Positions 40,794 through 54,800 of a stretch of DNA of 64,000 nucleotides are shown here, piece after piece. Each line of letters begins with the position of its first letter. The first letter of the stretch is position 1. Below the pieces are notes generated by a model. That model had not been told where the DNA came from and searched no databases. It worked only from the letters and a program-made list of their open reading frames with translations. This DNA comes from Eledone cirrhosa (lineage: Eukaryota), in NCBI GenBank assembly GCA_964016885.1, contig OZ024756.1, forward strand, positions 34,472,001-34,536,000, written 5' to 3'. The position numbers and the translations under genes were made by a program.

Positions 40794-43700
40794 TATAGGA
40801 GTGATGATTATGATATATGTATGTATTTATATATTCATGTGTGTGTGTGAGTATATATATGTGTGTGTGTGTGTGTGTATATATATGTGTGTGTGTGTAT
40901 ATATATTATATATGTGTGTAATATAAATGGTTAACATTTTTTTAATGATAAACTTAAACATAAATGATGCATTTATACATATGAAATGTGTGTGTGTGTA
41001 TATATATATATATGTGTGTATGTATCTGTTTCAATGAATCTTTTATGTTGTTCTTAAAGCTAATTTTGAGAACAGTGTAAAGGTCATAACAGAAAACTAA
41101 TTCATTGACACACTCACTATTATAATGGGTTTGGATTGGTCTTAGTTCCTAAGGGTTGTACTGGTTATGCTTGAGTTCCATTGCATACCAATTACATAAT
41201 GGGGTCACATAATAGTTACTGCAGATAATAATAATAATAAATATAATGGTTTCTGATTTAGGCACTAGGTCAGCAATTTTGGTTGTTTTGGTTGGATCGG
41301 TATCAGAAGGGTTAAAGAGGATAGTGTTTTGAACAAGATTTGGCTGTCATTTCTAGCAAATAGAGACACACTAATTGGTTGGTTGACAAGCTGTTGAGCT
41401 TTTATTACAGCTCAAAATGAATGTTCAAGCAGACATATTGATTTATTTCACAATGAGGGTGGAGGTGGACTGTAGATATTATGTATACAATGTTATGTAT
41501 TGATAGGAAAATTAGCAAACATAATTGACTAAAAGGCCTTGAATACAATACTCCATCAAGCCACAGACTAAAACCAATAAAAAGCAAAAAATAAAAGCCT
41601 TGAATTTAATGCTTCACCATGGTTGCTTAGTGGTTAGTGTGCAGATCACAAATATATGGTTGTGATTTGATTCTTGGACTGAGTGGTGTGTTGTGTCCTT
41701 GAGCAAGATGTTATATATTTCTCATTGCTCCAGTTCACTCCGCAGGAAACAAATTACTTGTGATGACACTGGTGCCAAGCTGTATCAGCCTTTGCCATTC
41801 CCTTGGACATCATATATAGTGCTTGTGTGTATGTATATATACACGCTATATATATATAGTGTATATCTGAGCTATGATGACACTGGTGCTAAGCTGTCAT
41901 GGCCTTTGCCTTTCCTTTGGACAACATGGCATGGAGAGTGGGAGTCTTTCATGCATGTGCAAGAGCTGACCCTCCACAAAACACTTTTCTCAGGCTTACA
42001 CATTGGAGAGGAACTTTCCAAGTGTAAACCCATGGTCAGATATGATTGGAGACTGGAGGGCTGTTATGTATGTATATAGAATGGAGTGTTATACATCAGA
42101 ATACATCTCTGTATAGTGATGTGCACATACACAGCTTTGTTTGTTCAGTCTGTCCAAGGACATATATGAGTATGGCAGTGTAATGTATGTATATAGTATA
42201 CAGTGCTATATATCTCTATACTGATGTACACAATTCTCTTTTAAAGCTTTTAATACCAAACTAGAAACTGCCTTGGCTCTACAAGGTAGCTGAGATGAGA
42301 CAGAGAGACTAGGCGTGTGTTTCTTTACCCTGTAAATATGAAACTACCCGTAGTTTTGTGATACAAATCTGTTTATATTTATCTAAAAACCTTCCACCGT
42401 GAATTTATGTAAGAACTTTTATATTCCAAATGCAAGCTTGATAATGAGAAGTTTAGTTATATTACTAAATCCCTTCAAATTCTTGATAATTTTCAAAATT
42501 ATTTTAAAATCATAGGCAGTGTCCATCATTAGAAATATGGTAACAAAAGGGTTAATAAACCACTATCGAAAACAAATCTCTTTTAAATAGTCACTGATGA
42601 TTTTTCTCCCACACATGTGAACTGCCATCATATATGTATAGTATATGTGAGTGTTGTATGTGTAATTATGTACGTGTGTGTGGGTATTACATAAGTAAGA
42701 TGAATCCAAAGTAATATAGTAATGAGATATGCTTGGTGTATGTTCAGATAATATATTTGGTAGTGAAGTAGGAAGTATATTGTCTAACCTTTTTATATTT
42801 TCCGATGACATTGTGACCTTTAGACAATTTAATATAGGTCATCATCAGATACTCATATAGAAATGTATTCCTCGGCCCTCTCAAACATATGACCAGTTAA
42901 ACCAAAACATGTATGAGCTGCAAATTATTATTGTTTTATATATAATATATACATGTGTGTTGCTGTGTGGTTAACTTCGCTTCACAATTAGGTGGTTTGG
43001 GGTTTAATCCTAGTACACAGCACCCTGGACAGATAATATTGTGAACATTATCAGTAGTAAATTAGTGGTGGGTTGGCAGTATCGGTAGAGGGTAGGACGC
43101 CCTGCGTTGCGGCATTGAGTTACGGCCCTTTGCGGTCTGGGTTCAGCTTTGCCTTTCATCCTTACGGGGTCGATAAAATAAAGTACCAGTAATGCACTGG
43201 GATAATTGCTGGCCTTGTACCAAAAGTAGAAACAATTATTCGTAGCAAATTCAAGTAAAGACCTCAATTTTAATGTGATGCAGCCATGGTAGTGTTTTGT
43301 ATCAAGAATGTCTTGCTAATGTGGTTTCATGTGGTACAGGAAGTTGAGTTAATTCTTCTCTCTTCAAACCTAAGTATATTTTATTTTCTGTGTATAATTA
43401 GTTATTATTTAATGTCCTACAGGTCATTGGGGGCGTCCTGTCCAGAGTGGACCATTATTGAGCTACAGGGTGACCTAAAAATGAGGCACCCGGTACCCCT
43501 GGAAGGCAAATTTATTGGAGATTTACATTTCACCACCAAAGTAAGTTTTTATTTAAAATCAACCACCACCATATTGTCATCACCACTATCATCATCATCA
43601 TCCTCTTGACTGAGGTCAACTTCTCTTTTCATCCTTCTGAGGTTGATAAAATAAAGTACCAGTGATGTAGAGATCAATTCAATTGAATTCCCTTCCCCTC

Positions 43701-45102
43701 AGTTGCAGGCCTTGTGCTTATATTAGAAACCATAAATTTTTAAAAGTTCAATTCTAGTTTCTAGAAAGGTAAGGGGAATAACTCTGTAATTTAAATTAAA
43801 AGTTAATAAAGAAAAGCAGTGTAATGAAGCTCCAACTGATCTTTATCAATATAGGAAACAACTCCGAACATGTTTTAATCTCATTAAACCTCTTCATGGA
43901 AGCATTGTCTTTACTTATACTTGCTAGACCTGAATATGAGAGATATACAACAGTGACAGTGAATAAAGATATCTGTGATGACAATTTAGAAGGATCTTAA
44001 TTCAGCTGGTTTTTTAATTCCAATATCGTGGCTCACTGCATTATATTAATACAGATTTTACTATTTATTTTTCATGCAGAAAGCAACCCTCGGTAATCTA
44101 GCCCCAATCATTTAGTAATAATTGCTGAGTCTCCTCCCACCTTCTGCTGTTCATTCTTAGAACATTCCGCTACTTTTAAAGTAACATTATACTCCTATTT
44201 AACCCTCATGTTAATAAAAACAGTTGATACAAGCCATTATAATTAGGAGATTTGAATCAGAAAAACAAGAAAGCTTAGGTTTAACACCCTCATCTGGGTG
44301 TCTTTGAGCGCTTTTATCAGTCTGCTTAGCTGCAAGTATTTAGGTCAGGTCTTCTGTGAGGATAAATTTCTCTTATCAGCTATTGACCCTCTGATAAAGG
44401 ATCAAGGGTGTTCCCTCTTCCCTATCACAAAACTATAAACACAGAAAATAAACATAAAGAGGCTTAATTGGGTTATAGACTTAATATCTTATCCAGTTTA
44501 ACATCATCACCTGGTCCTTGGGTGCCTTTAAGAGAGTTAACTAGGTAGGTTAACTTAATCTGTTGCTCAGCTGAACACCACCCGGTCATCCCATGCTGCT
44601 TTTAGTAGCATCCACTAGGATGGTTGACTTCATCCATTTCTCCTTGATTACTTTTAACAGCCTTAATCCATCACCCAGTTTAACACCACCACCATTATAT
44701 CCTTGAGTACCTTTAGTTGAGTCCACTAGAGTGGTAGACCTAATTAATCCATCACCTAGCAAACTCCACTCTATTGCAAGCATTCAGACCAGGTTAGGTC
44801 TTCATTTTGAAGATATCCTCCTTCTCTCCATCACACCAGTTAATTCCTAAAACAAATCTGTTCTCTATTTTCAGGAACAACCAGTTCTCATCATTGGCCA
44901 TCATATCCTCTACGGTAAAAAGATGCAGCTTGAAAAACCCTTTGCTGTCTTGACTCGAGGCCATGGTAATAAACTAAGTGAAGAGATGGACAGCTCTGCT
45001 GCTGGCAAAACAGAATATGAAGTGAAAGCTCTTATAAAAACCAAACTGTTGTTTAAAACACGACCAAAGCCCATACTTGCTCATGTTCCAAAGAGGGTTT
45101 GA
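35731..45102 (+). CDS. CHTF8: Chromosome transmission fidelity protein 8 (Ctf18-RFC subunit), 122 aa
   Basis: Exons 35731-35753 (MVQIFIK, then GTAAGT), 43423-43540 ([39 protein letters not shown]), 44875-45102 ([26 protein letters not shown]...[18 protein letters not shown]). 369 nt in frame, with hallmark Ctf8 motifs [21 protein letters not shown]. Confidence 0.96.
39078..39441 (+). mobile_element. 5'-truncated copy of the same LINE 3'UTR with an internal tandem duplication of about 112 bp
   Basis: Near-identical to 29775-30027; the duplicated unit is bounded by ACAGTCC microhomology at about 39104, 39217 and 39327. Confidence 0.75.
39962..40352. repeat. 49-bp minisatellite, about 8 copies, in CHTF8 intron 1
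   Basis: Unit approximately TATAGCATCCTAGATGTGAGTGGAGTTTTACACTGTAGAAACACTGCTC. Confidence 0.9.
43795..44800 (-). mobile_element. Possible old LINE remnant in CHTF8 intron 2
   Basis: Non-microsatellite coding-like composition with a GG-x-x-AII patch reminiscent of APE endonucleases; many stops. Confidence 0.25.
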
Positions 45103-46281
45103 TACTTGGTATTGTAATTATTGAAGTATGGAGGTCTTCCTTTTGAAGTAGCAAAAACCTCCAAATCTCTTATCTATCTCCTTTGCTTGTATCCATTTTA
45201 GAAAAGTTACACTATATCTCTGTTATAAGAGGTGACTAAAAGGGTTGGTACCATGAAGGGCATCCTGCTGTAAAAGTTTGCTTTAAAAAGCAAAGGTGTT
45301 ATGCTACTAGTCAGTGTTTCAAGATGTATAGCAAGCAGGTTGAGAGAACCATGATGAATGGCAATGTTGGAACCTTTCATTCTCATCATTTTATACACAT
45401 CTTTCATGCTGGCATCGGTCAGATGTGTTGTCATGCTCCGAGAGTAGACAGGTTGGAGAAATATCATTTTTGGCATTGGTTTCTGTTGCCGGGTGCCCTT
45501 CCTAACGCCAACCACTTTACAGAGTGTAGTAGGTGTTTTTCTTTGTGGAAGTGTCTCTACCACTTTATAGATTATACGAGATAAATTTTATCATGGAACC
45601 ATCACTACCACATTACAGAGGGCATTGGGTGTATTTATAGCATGCACAAAACAGAAAGAGAAAGATTCCAACATAGAATTTGTAGTTTTTATTTTTCATC
45701 ATTTAGTATAAAAAAAAAGGTAAAAAAATAAAAATAATTCTTCAAAACTTGGGGGGAAAAAAAAAAAATAGGTGTGGGGGGGGGGGGGGTAGTTAAAAAT
45801 AAAGGCAAGAGGGATTGCTTAAAATTCCAAAATGTGTTGAAGTTGTAAAAATAAACTACCAGCACAACTGTAAACAAAACATTGTTTACATAATAAAATA
45901 AACAGGTCTAATATAAATGGCAGGAATTGTCTCCATTTTGGCAAAGGTTACAGATTGTAAATCAGTTGTTTTGTTTTTAATTAATTAACCCTTCTGACAC
46001 GAAACCACCTTAAACTACCTCTGTTTGTTTATCGAAAAACCCTTCCATTAAAATTTTATGTAAGAATCTTTCTTAGGATATGTTCCAGATAAATAAAAAA
46101 ATAAATAAATAGGGTAATTGCCAGATTGAACCAAAGAAAGTGTTTCCATTGGTGGTACTAAATCCCTCCAAATTCTTGATTATTTTCAAAATAATTTGAA
46201 AATCATAGGCAGTGTCTTTCATTAAAAAGATGGTAAAGGGGGCTTAAAGTGTCCCAAATATTGATTAAGGCATCGTCAGCA

Positions 46282-49200
46282 TTATAGATTTGGTGCCAAC
46301 CAGTTCAGTACTTTGATTGCCACTTCATATCCTAAGAAGCAAGCCTAAAATAAATACATAAGATTTGATAAATAAAAGAAGGTTTTATTAATGGATTAGT
46401 TTTTACAGTAAACACTGGTTCAAACAGTAGTTGTCTTAAATATATTTATACAGCTAACTCTTTTGTTAGACATTCTTGAAAACATACAAAACTATGACTA
46501 CATCACGTTAAAATACTGTAGATTTTCACAATGATCTGTTCATTAGGAAAGATATAAGCAAAACAATCTTGATAAGTAAATAACACCACCGTGTCTGCAT
46601 TTCATTAAAAACTAGTCTTTCCACTGATATTGTAAATTTTCTCAAAGGTCTGTCCACTAGTAACACAAGTATATACATAACATTAACAGCCTTATATTAA
46701 TTCACCCTTAAATACAAGCGGTATCATCATCGTTTGCAAAAACTGAATTATGATAAAGAATTTTTCAAGTAAAAGACTCACCACTCCACTATTGCAGTTG
46801 TAATCGTTTTAAAGATTCAAGGGAAACAACTTGTGACAGCCAACCAACAAAGTTTATTTGGAAGCCACCCTTCGTATGACATGTTTATATGGCTGAATGC
46901 CTTTCCAAACTATATTACAGTGACAGCATCACTTACACATATGAAGGGAAATTTAAAAAAAAGGGGGGGGGGGGGTAAAATCCCCCTTCAGTCACGAATA
47001 ACCATGGGACTTGCACCTAGAAAGTTCTCAGGTATTTTTGTGGAAGACCAGCAGTCGCCCATGTGTACCAGTCTCCTCTCTTCAAATGACCAATGTAGTC
47101 CAAGGGAAAGGCAATGGCTGATACAACTTGACACCAATGACGTTGGAACTCATTTCTACAGCTGAGTAAACTGGAGAAATGTGAAATAAAGTATCTTGCT
47201 CAAAGACACAAGGCAGGCATCACCTGGTCGGTCCAAGACTCAAACTCACAACCTCCTGATTGCAAGACCAACTATCTAACCACTAAACTATATATCAAAC
47301 ATAGCTAGTTGCTTACCCATTGGCATGGAAGGTTCTAATCATAATGGTAGAGTATGGAGATAGATTTGACTGCTATTTCTAGCATCTGTGGTTTCAATAA
47401 ATACATTAAATATCAAATTACTTACACCATTGGCAGGGAAGGCTCTGATCATAACAGGTGTTACACCTCGATACATTGCAAGAATTCCTTCTTCTTTAAT
47501 TAGTTGACGGAAAACATCTCGAATACCGTTGGGATATGTACCTTCAGGGGCTATAAATACAAACAAAGGCGTCATGGTTCAGCTTGATAATGATAAAGTT
47601 AATTATATTACCAAATCCTTTCAAAAATTTATTTGAAAACCATAGGCAGTGTGTTTCATTAGAAATATGATAATGGAAGGGTTAATGACAAACAGTGTAT
47701 TCCATTGGGAAAATGGCAATGGAAGGGTTAATGACAGTATATTTCTAATAAAAGAGTTAATGACATACGTAGCGTGTTTCATTAGAAATATGGTAATGAA
47801 GGGGTTAAACTATCTTTTATGACTATGTTACGATTTTAAAGCAATCCCTAGTCCAGGGATTGAATCCACAATGTTAGGGAGTACAACTCCCTAAGCACTA
47901 GGTTAGAAGATGCACAAACTACATGACTAACCCTTTCATTACTATATTTCTAATGCCTTTGAAAATAATCAAAAACTTGAAAGGATTTAGTAATATAACA
48001 AACATTGTCATTATTAATTTTGTGTATGGAACATAACTTAAGAAATAAATTTAATAAAATTATTATGGAATGTTTTTAGATAAATATAAATAATTTAAAA
48101 CAATTTGGTATCAAAAGGGTTGTATATAGCATTGCTTTTAACATCAGAAGAGAAGCATTTGTTTGATGTTATGGTAAAAAAAAAAAACAGTGTCAATGGA
48201 GGCTTTACCTGTTTGGTATCTTGATTTCAAAACATCAGGAGGTATAGCCACCATCCAGTTGAAAACCCCAGCCATTCCACCAGCAAATAAAGTTCTTAAA
48301 GGACTCAGATCACTACGGCTGGAAATTAGAAAACAAATGTGGTTATATTTATGTGTGTGTGTATGTATGAAAATGATGAAGGCGTTTTATCCAACACACT
48401 AACAATTCCACCAGTCCACTGTTTGCCCTGAACTCATACTTTTTCAACCCTGAAAATATCTTTATAGGCAAAGTTAACCTCAGCAGGATTTTGACTCAGA
48501 GAGCTGAAACAAACACTGCAAGACATCTCATCCAATGCTCTAACAATTCTGGTAATTCACCGCCATATATTGGTACTTTATTTATTGCCTCCAACATGAA
48601 AGGTGAAGTTCAGCTCAGTAGGATTTGAACTCAGAGGGCAGAAAACCAAAAACAAATACTGCAAGGCATTTAATTCAGTGCTCCACAGTCTCCCAAGTAA
48701 CCCCACCCCTGCTAGGTAGTATATTATGAACTTACTTTCCTCCTTCAGGTGTTAGCATATGTTGCATCCATTCATAGGTCATAAAGTAAGTTCCAGAAGC
48801 TGGCATATCTACAAAATAACAATAACAAAAACAATAATGTCTTAATAGGCACAAGGCCAGCAATTTTGGAGGGAAGGGAAAGTACTTTATTGGTACTTTA
48901 GTTTATTGACCTTGGAAGGATGAAAGGCAAAGTTGACTTCTGGAGGGATTCGTAATCAGCATAAAGAACCAGAACAAATATGGGAAAAGCATTTTATCCA
49001 ATGCTCCAACAAATAATTTTTTTTTTCTACTTCAGGCACAAGGCCAGCAATTTGAGGGGGGGGGGGGGCATTAAATCGACCTCAGTGCATTACTGGTACT
49101 TTATTTTATCAACCCTGTAAGGATGAAAGGCAAAGCTAACCTTGGTGGGTTAATAATTTCTCACTTAGCCACAAGGCCAGAAATTGTTTATGTGGGGGGG

Positions 49201-51861
49201 AGGAGGGAGAACAGTCAATTATATCACCCCTAGTACATGACTTGGTACTTTACTTTATCTACACCAAGTAAAATGAAAAATGGGATGTTTTTGAGGCAAT
49301 GTTTTACAGTTGGATGCCTTCCTATACAGTAACCCTTTTAGTCACCTCTTACGATAAAATTGGATACACACAACCCTTGAAATCACAGGAAAATGGGTAT
49401 AAAATATTTCTAACCTCTGAGAAGTGTAGCACCAGTACCCTTATACAAACTGCGTACCCCTCCTTCCTTGTAGAGTTTCTTGGCACAATCAATAGGACCG
49501 TTATATTTCTTAGAACCCTGAGAATCTGCTTGGATCTGGAATGAGAGATGCGCACACATATAAGGAAATAATGACGATGAAATAATTATATGTATTTTCA
49601 CAAAAACTGTATCTCACCTGTAGAAGGCACTTTATCCTTTCTCCAGGTACCATTATTGCAGTTGTCATTACACCAGAGAGCAATCCAGCTTTAAATATTT
49701 GTAAATAGCTGAAATATAAAGAACATAAAACAACATTTAATGTGCCTTGAAACACTCAAGATAAATTAACACCCCATCCCCCTTTTTAAAATCATATTTC
49801 TAATGAATTCAATGCATATCATCTTCATCGTGAGTGGCCTAGTGGTTAGAGCAGTGAACTCATAATCATATGGTCATGGTTTCAATTCCTGCATTGAGTT
49901 CTTAAGCAGGATGCTTAAACTCATGTTGCTTTTCATGATATGACTTTCCAGTCCTATCAGTAAAACACCAGAGAAAGAAACTTACAGCCTCGTATGAGGC
50001 TAGTTAACACTACATAGATATGATCTATTTTTTGTTTTTTTTTGTTTTCATTTCAATCATTATCATGATCACTTTGTGACTGTTTTTCATACTGACAAGA
50101 GTTGGTGAGGTCTGACTCAGTCCTTATTCCTAGATTTATCAGGAACATGCTACTTGTGCACTGCATTCCATTTTTGACATAATGTCTATGGCTGTTTGGT
50201 CTTATCTAATCCCAAATATTTTACAGGGTGTACTAGATGCATTTTATGGCATCAGTATTAAGGAAGTTGGTATGTTCACTGTTTTGGTATTGTCTCTGTT
50301 TAATCATCAACCACTTTACAGAATGTACTGGGTACATTTTATCATGACACCAACACTGGGGAATTTGGTATGTTTACAGCAAGAATTTGGTTGAATAACT
50401 AAAATTTTCTTATTTAAGTTGGCAGTTTCATCATTATCCAATCCATGCAAGCAAAGAAAAACATGTATGATGATGATATTTTGAACATGAAAGTTTTAAC
50501 CCTTTTGTTACCATATTACTAATGAAACACTGCCTATGATTTTCAAATTTTGAAAATTATCAAGAATTTGGAGGAATCTATTTATGTAATAAACTTTCTC
50601 ATGTATTAAGTTGGTGTTTGAAACATAACTTAGCAAAGGTTCTTACATAAAATTATCATGGAGGTGTTTCAGATAAATATAAACACTTTAAAATAGACAG
50701 TCTTGTATCAGGAAGCCAGGGGTGGTTTCAGGCAGTTTGGTATCAAAAGGGTTATTTTAGATGTCAAAATGCTAATTGATTTCATAGAATAATCTTTTGG
50801 TGAATATTTCAAACTGAAAATACCTTAGTTTATCTGTTGGAGACTTTTGTTGCAATTTCTTCCCAACGCCAAAACCAAAAAAACATATCGCAAAGATGGG
50901 GGCAATTCCAGTAAGAGGCGCAGCCATTCCTTTGTATAAACCAAAAAATCCCTAAGGGAAAGAATAAATAAATAAATTTTAATAATCAAAATATTCTTTA
51001 TTAGAGATGTGTGTGTGTTTGATAATGTTTATCACTTTTGTGACTGTTTCTAATGAAATACACTCTAAAATTAATTAACCCTTTAGCATTTGAACTGGCC
51101 ATATCTGGTAAGAATTCTCTGTTCAAACTGGTCATAACAGGCTGCTCATAGTTATGTTAAGGTATTGTTCTCAAAATAAATAACATCAAAATCTCGTAGA
51201 TTCGATATTATGTAAGATAAATCCTTTACCGTGAAAATACAATAGTACATATAAAGTAATGTAAATGCTAAAGGGTTAATGAAGAATTTTGATGGATTTA
51301 CTAAAACCATGCAGAGGTTAGTCAACTTCTGATAGAAAGGTTTATAAAACAAAGTAGCAGTGAAGATGAATGATCAGTACCAATGAAGTTAAATCACTTC
51401 CTTACCTCTTTCTGTACTGTCTTCTTTGCACAATCCCATGTTCCTTTGTATATTGGAGATTCCCCTGGCAGAGGTTTGGGCATAGTCTGGAGTCGAACCT
51501 AAAGATGGACGAGAAATATAGATTTACTTTAGACAGATCTTAAATATTTTGCCTGTGACATGTTTAACTAAAGAGAATTATAGATTTACTTTGACAAGAC
51601 AATGTTTACAGAGACATCAAAATAGTGGCTTTGCTTCAGGTGTTAATATAAGCTTATAAGATTGTGTTAGCACCTGAAGAAAGGTCACTATTTTGATGCC
51701 TTTTGTTTTCTGGAGGTATGGTCAAATTTGGACCTTGAAACCTTGGGAAAGGCTTTTGTTCCATGTATGAACATAAATAAATAATATATTATTTCTGCTC
51801 TCTTCCCAATTAAGCACTGTTTTCCTTTTTCCTTTTCACATCTACAGATATTGCTACAAAT

Positions 51862-51914
<53 letters not shown>

Positions 51915-54513
51915 GCTTCTGCAGTTTCTGCCTACCAAGTTTCACTCACAAGGCAATGATCAACCCAAGGCTATAGCAGAAGACACTTGCCCAAGGTGCC
52001 AGACAGTAGAACAGAACTCAGAACCACATGGTTGTGAAACAAACTCCTTAACCACACAGCCAGGTCTATGCCTACTACACATTACATATAGTCACCCTCA
52101 AACATAGACACACTTGTTATTTAACCCTAGGCCAGCTTTCACTTAGCAAATATAGGACCAAAACCAATCCAGCTTTGAGACCATCCTGTTTTTTTTTTTA
52201 GCAATAGCAATATCTAAAACTACATAGTCTAACACAGATCTTTGCAAATTGGTGACACACTTTTTAGAAACAACATTTTTCATGACATTAAGTTACTTTA
52301 GTGACACAAAATTAATAAATAATTAAATATCATACCACATGCCACCAGTTGCACATCTAATTGGACTCACAGTTGTCAGACCTCAAATATACTTAACAGA
52401 TAAATCTTTTTATTTGTGTATTTAGTCGAAAAGACACACTCTGTCCTATGTTGTCTTGTAGGGAATGATCCTAACTTTAAAGCACAGAAATCATAATGAT
52501 TTCCAGTAGTTAGCTGATGAAAAAGGGATATGTTCGTGGTTTTTCCACTGTCCATCTTTGTTGTGGGTGTTCATATTTTGAATTATATAATATACACATA
52601 GTTGTCAGATCTCAAATATATATACTACACAGCAGTGAGAAGTAGGAATCCTCCCATCTAATACGTTCTTTCAGATGATGAAGTATGATCTGGCTGTTAT
52701 TTCTAGTAAGTCAAGTGACCACCGAGGCTCCTTTATTCGGTCAAAGTAATTTATGAGGCATACATGTGTGTGTGTCCATATTGTGTAATGTGTTGATGAG
52801 AAGGTTTGAGAGGAAACAGCTGAGATTTACAGATAACAGTTTGTCATGTTAGTTAAGTCTTTCTCAAGCTGGAGCTTATCCTAGTTTCATAAAGTTAACC
52901 CTTTTGTTACCAAATTGCCAGAGACAAAACTTCTGGTTTTTAATTGTTTGTAATTAAATCAAAACCTACTGTCATAATTTTATATAAAAACCCCGTTCTT
53001 AAGTTATCTTTCAAACACCTACTTAATAATGAATAAAATACATTAAATTAACCGAAATAGATTAGAAATATGGTTAAAGTCTAATGTCATATATTTAAAC
53101 CTCGGTCTTTGTTATGTCTCATGTGAAACTAAGGATTTCAAAGGACACACAAACAACCAGGAAGCAGCAATGACTTTTTTCAGGTTTAAATAAGCTTTCA
53201 TGTTGAATCTCCATTCCATTGATTCTGACGATGAGTGTTTCAGCTATTCAAGCAACAGAACTGTCTGCTTGTGAAATTAACCTGCAAGTGGCTGAGCATG
53301 TCACAGACAAGTGTACTCTTAATGCAATTCTCAGGGAGATTCAGCATGATAAAGTTTGTGACAAGCTGGCCTTTTGAATTACAGGCAAAACTCATTGTTG
53401 CCAGCTGAGTTGACTGGTGTATCTTGTTAAAGGACACAGCGTACCAAATCTGATTATAGAAGTGAATGGAATTTACAGTTCACACCTATGCTGGTTTAGC
53501 TGGCTTCATATAAGGTTGTAACTTGTTTTAAGCACATGGCCCCGGTGTCCAGGGAGGCCCAATCTTCCTGTCAAAAAAAACTTTTACGAGTAAGGGGTCT
53601 CATATGTCCTAAATCCGGCACTGCATCTCATATGGGATTTCTTGAGTGTTTTAATGATAGTGGCCTTATTCTTATGAATAGCAACGTAAAAGTGTTTTGC
53701 TCGAAAACAAAACGTGTCGCCCGATCCAGGAATGGAACCCATGATCATATGATTGAGACCAACATGTTAACCGCTAAGCCATGTTTACATTTAAAAAAGG
53801 GAGATTCCAAGCAGAGATCTTTGTCTATAAAGTATGAGGACATCTAAGCAGTGAGTTTCCAAGCACTGAGGAATGGGTTCAAAGTCTATATCTTAGAATT
53901 AAAATAGATTCATAACTATTTAGAGTGAGAGAGAGAGATAGGGAGAAGGGATGAAGGGGGTTTGTGAGAATTTGTTTATAATCAACCAAGTATCCTATAT
54001 TATGACCCAGTTCAATAACCACGAGATAAAAATTCTCAACATTTTAATGGCACATATAAACATATATATATATATCATGTCTTAATTAGTGAATAATTTA
54101 GATAAGTGAGAAAATGAAGGTTAATATACAAGTCTAGTTTCATAAATTTGTGTAATTAATGACTAATTAAGAAGAAATAATCAATAGTTATGTTAATAAA
54201 TATTCGCTCTACGGTTCTTATATATTTGATACATATTTATCCTTATCGAGCCCTCTTTGGATTTTAGTCTTAACATTTATTATTATTACTATATTTTTGG
54301 GGGACATCCTGTGTATATACGTATGTATGTGTGTGGTAATAGTAATGTTAATTCTGACGGATATATAATTTGATGTGAAGAATATTATATCGAAAGGAAA
54401 AGAATAAAAGCGATTACCTTAATGGTATCTAGTGGATGGCCAGTTACAACAATACACATTCCACCGAAACCTCCGGCAATAAAGTCTTTAGCTGGACTGA
54501 TTTTCTTGGCCAT
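46282..54513 (-). CDS. SLC25A20: Mitochondrial carnitine/acylcarnitine carrier (colt/CACT), 299 aa, 9 exons
   Basis: Exons 54418-54513 ([32 protein letters not shown]), 51406-51498, 50824-50951, 49618-49708 ([11 protein letters not shown]), 49415-49535, 48736-48808 (DMPASG), 48209-48318 ([15 protein letters not shown]), 47426-47550 (RAFPAN), 46282-46344 ([20 protein letters not shown]). 900 nt, three carrier signature motifs. Confidence 0.96.
50496..50755. mobile_element. piggyBac-like MITE family 2 (about 255 bp)
   Basis: TTAA-CCCTTTTGTTACCA ... TGGTATCAAAAGGG-TTA. Other copies or fragments at about 4071-4303, 7217, 21454-21700, 33896-34126, 42240-42555, 45985-46247, 47928-48121, 52896 and 56840-57066. 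Confidence 0.78.
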
Positions 54514-54800
54514 TTCTGTTTCTCCGTTGCTAAGCAAAATCCGTGGAAATTATCGTGGGTTTACTTTAAAAAGAGAGAAAGAGATCGACGACTGCAACTA
54601 CTGACTTTAAGAGTTTATATATAGGCAAGGTCTAATTCCGAGTCGATGAGAGGTAACGCTTTTGTCACTAAACAACACGTGTTAAAAGGCATAGAGACGT
54701 ATTTTGGTTGCCGCAGTCTAAAGTCCTGATACCCGTATGTAAAAAATTGAATTCCCTTTATCGTGCGTGTCGTTATCAATTGATATCAGCTGTTTAATAA
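54514..54800 (-). promoter_or_regulatory. SLC25A20 5'UTR and proximal promoter
   Basis: CpG-retaining unique sequence directly upstream of the ATG; CACGTG at 54676-54681. Confidence 0.45.

Noticed and set aside
44875-45600. DERPC-like alternative frame of CHTF8, as at the mammalian locus
   Set aside because: Skipping exon 2 hits a stop after about 26 codons, and there is no long Pro/Gly-rich ORF in the 3'UTR.
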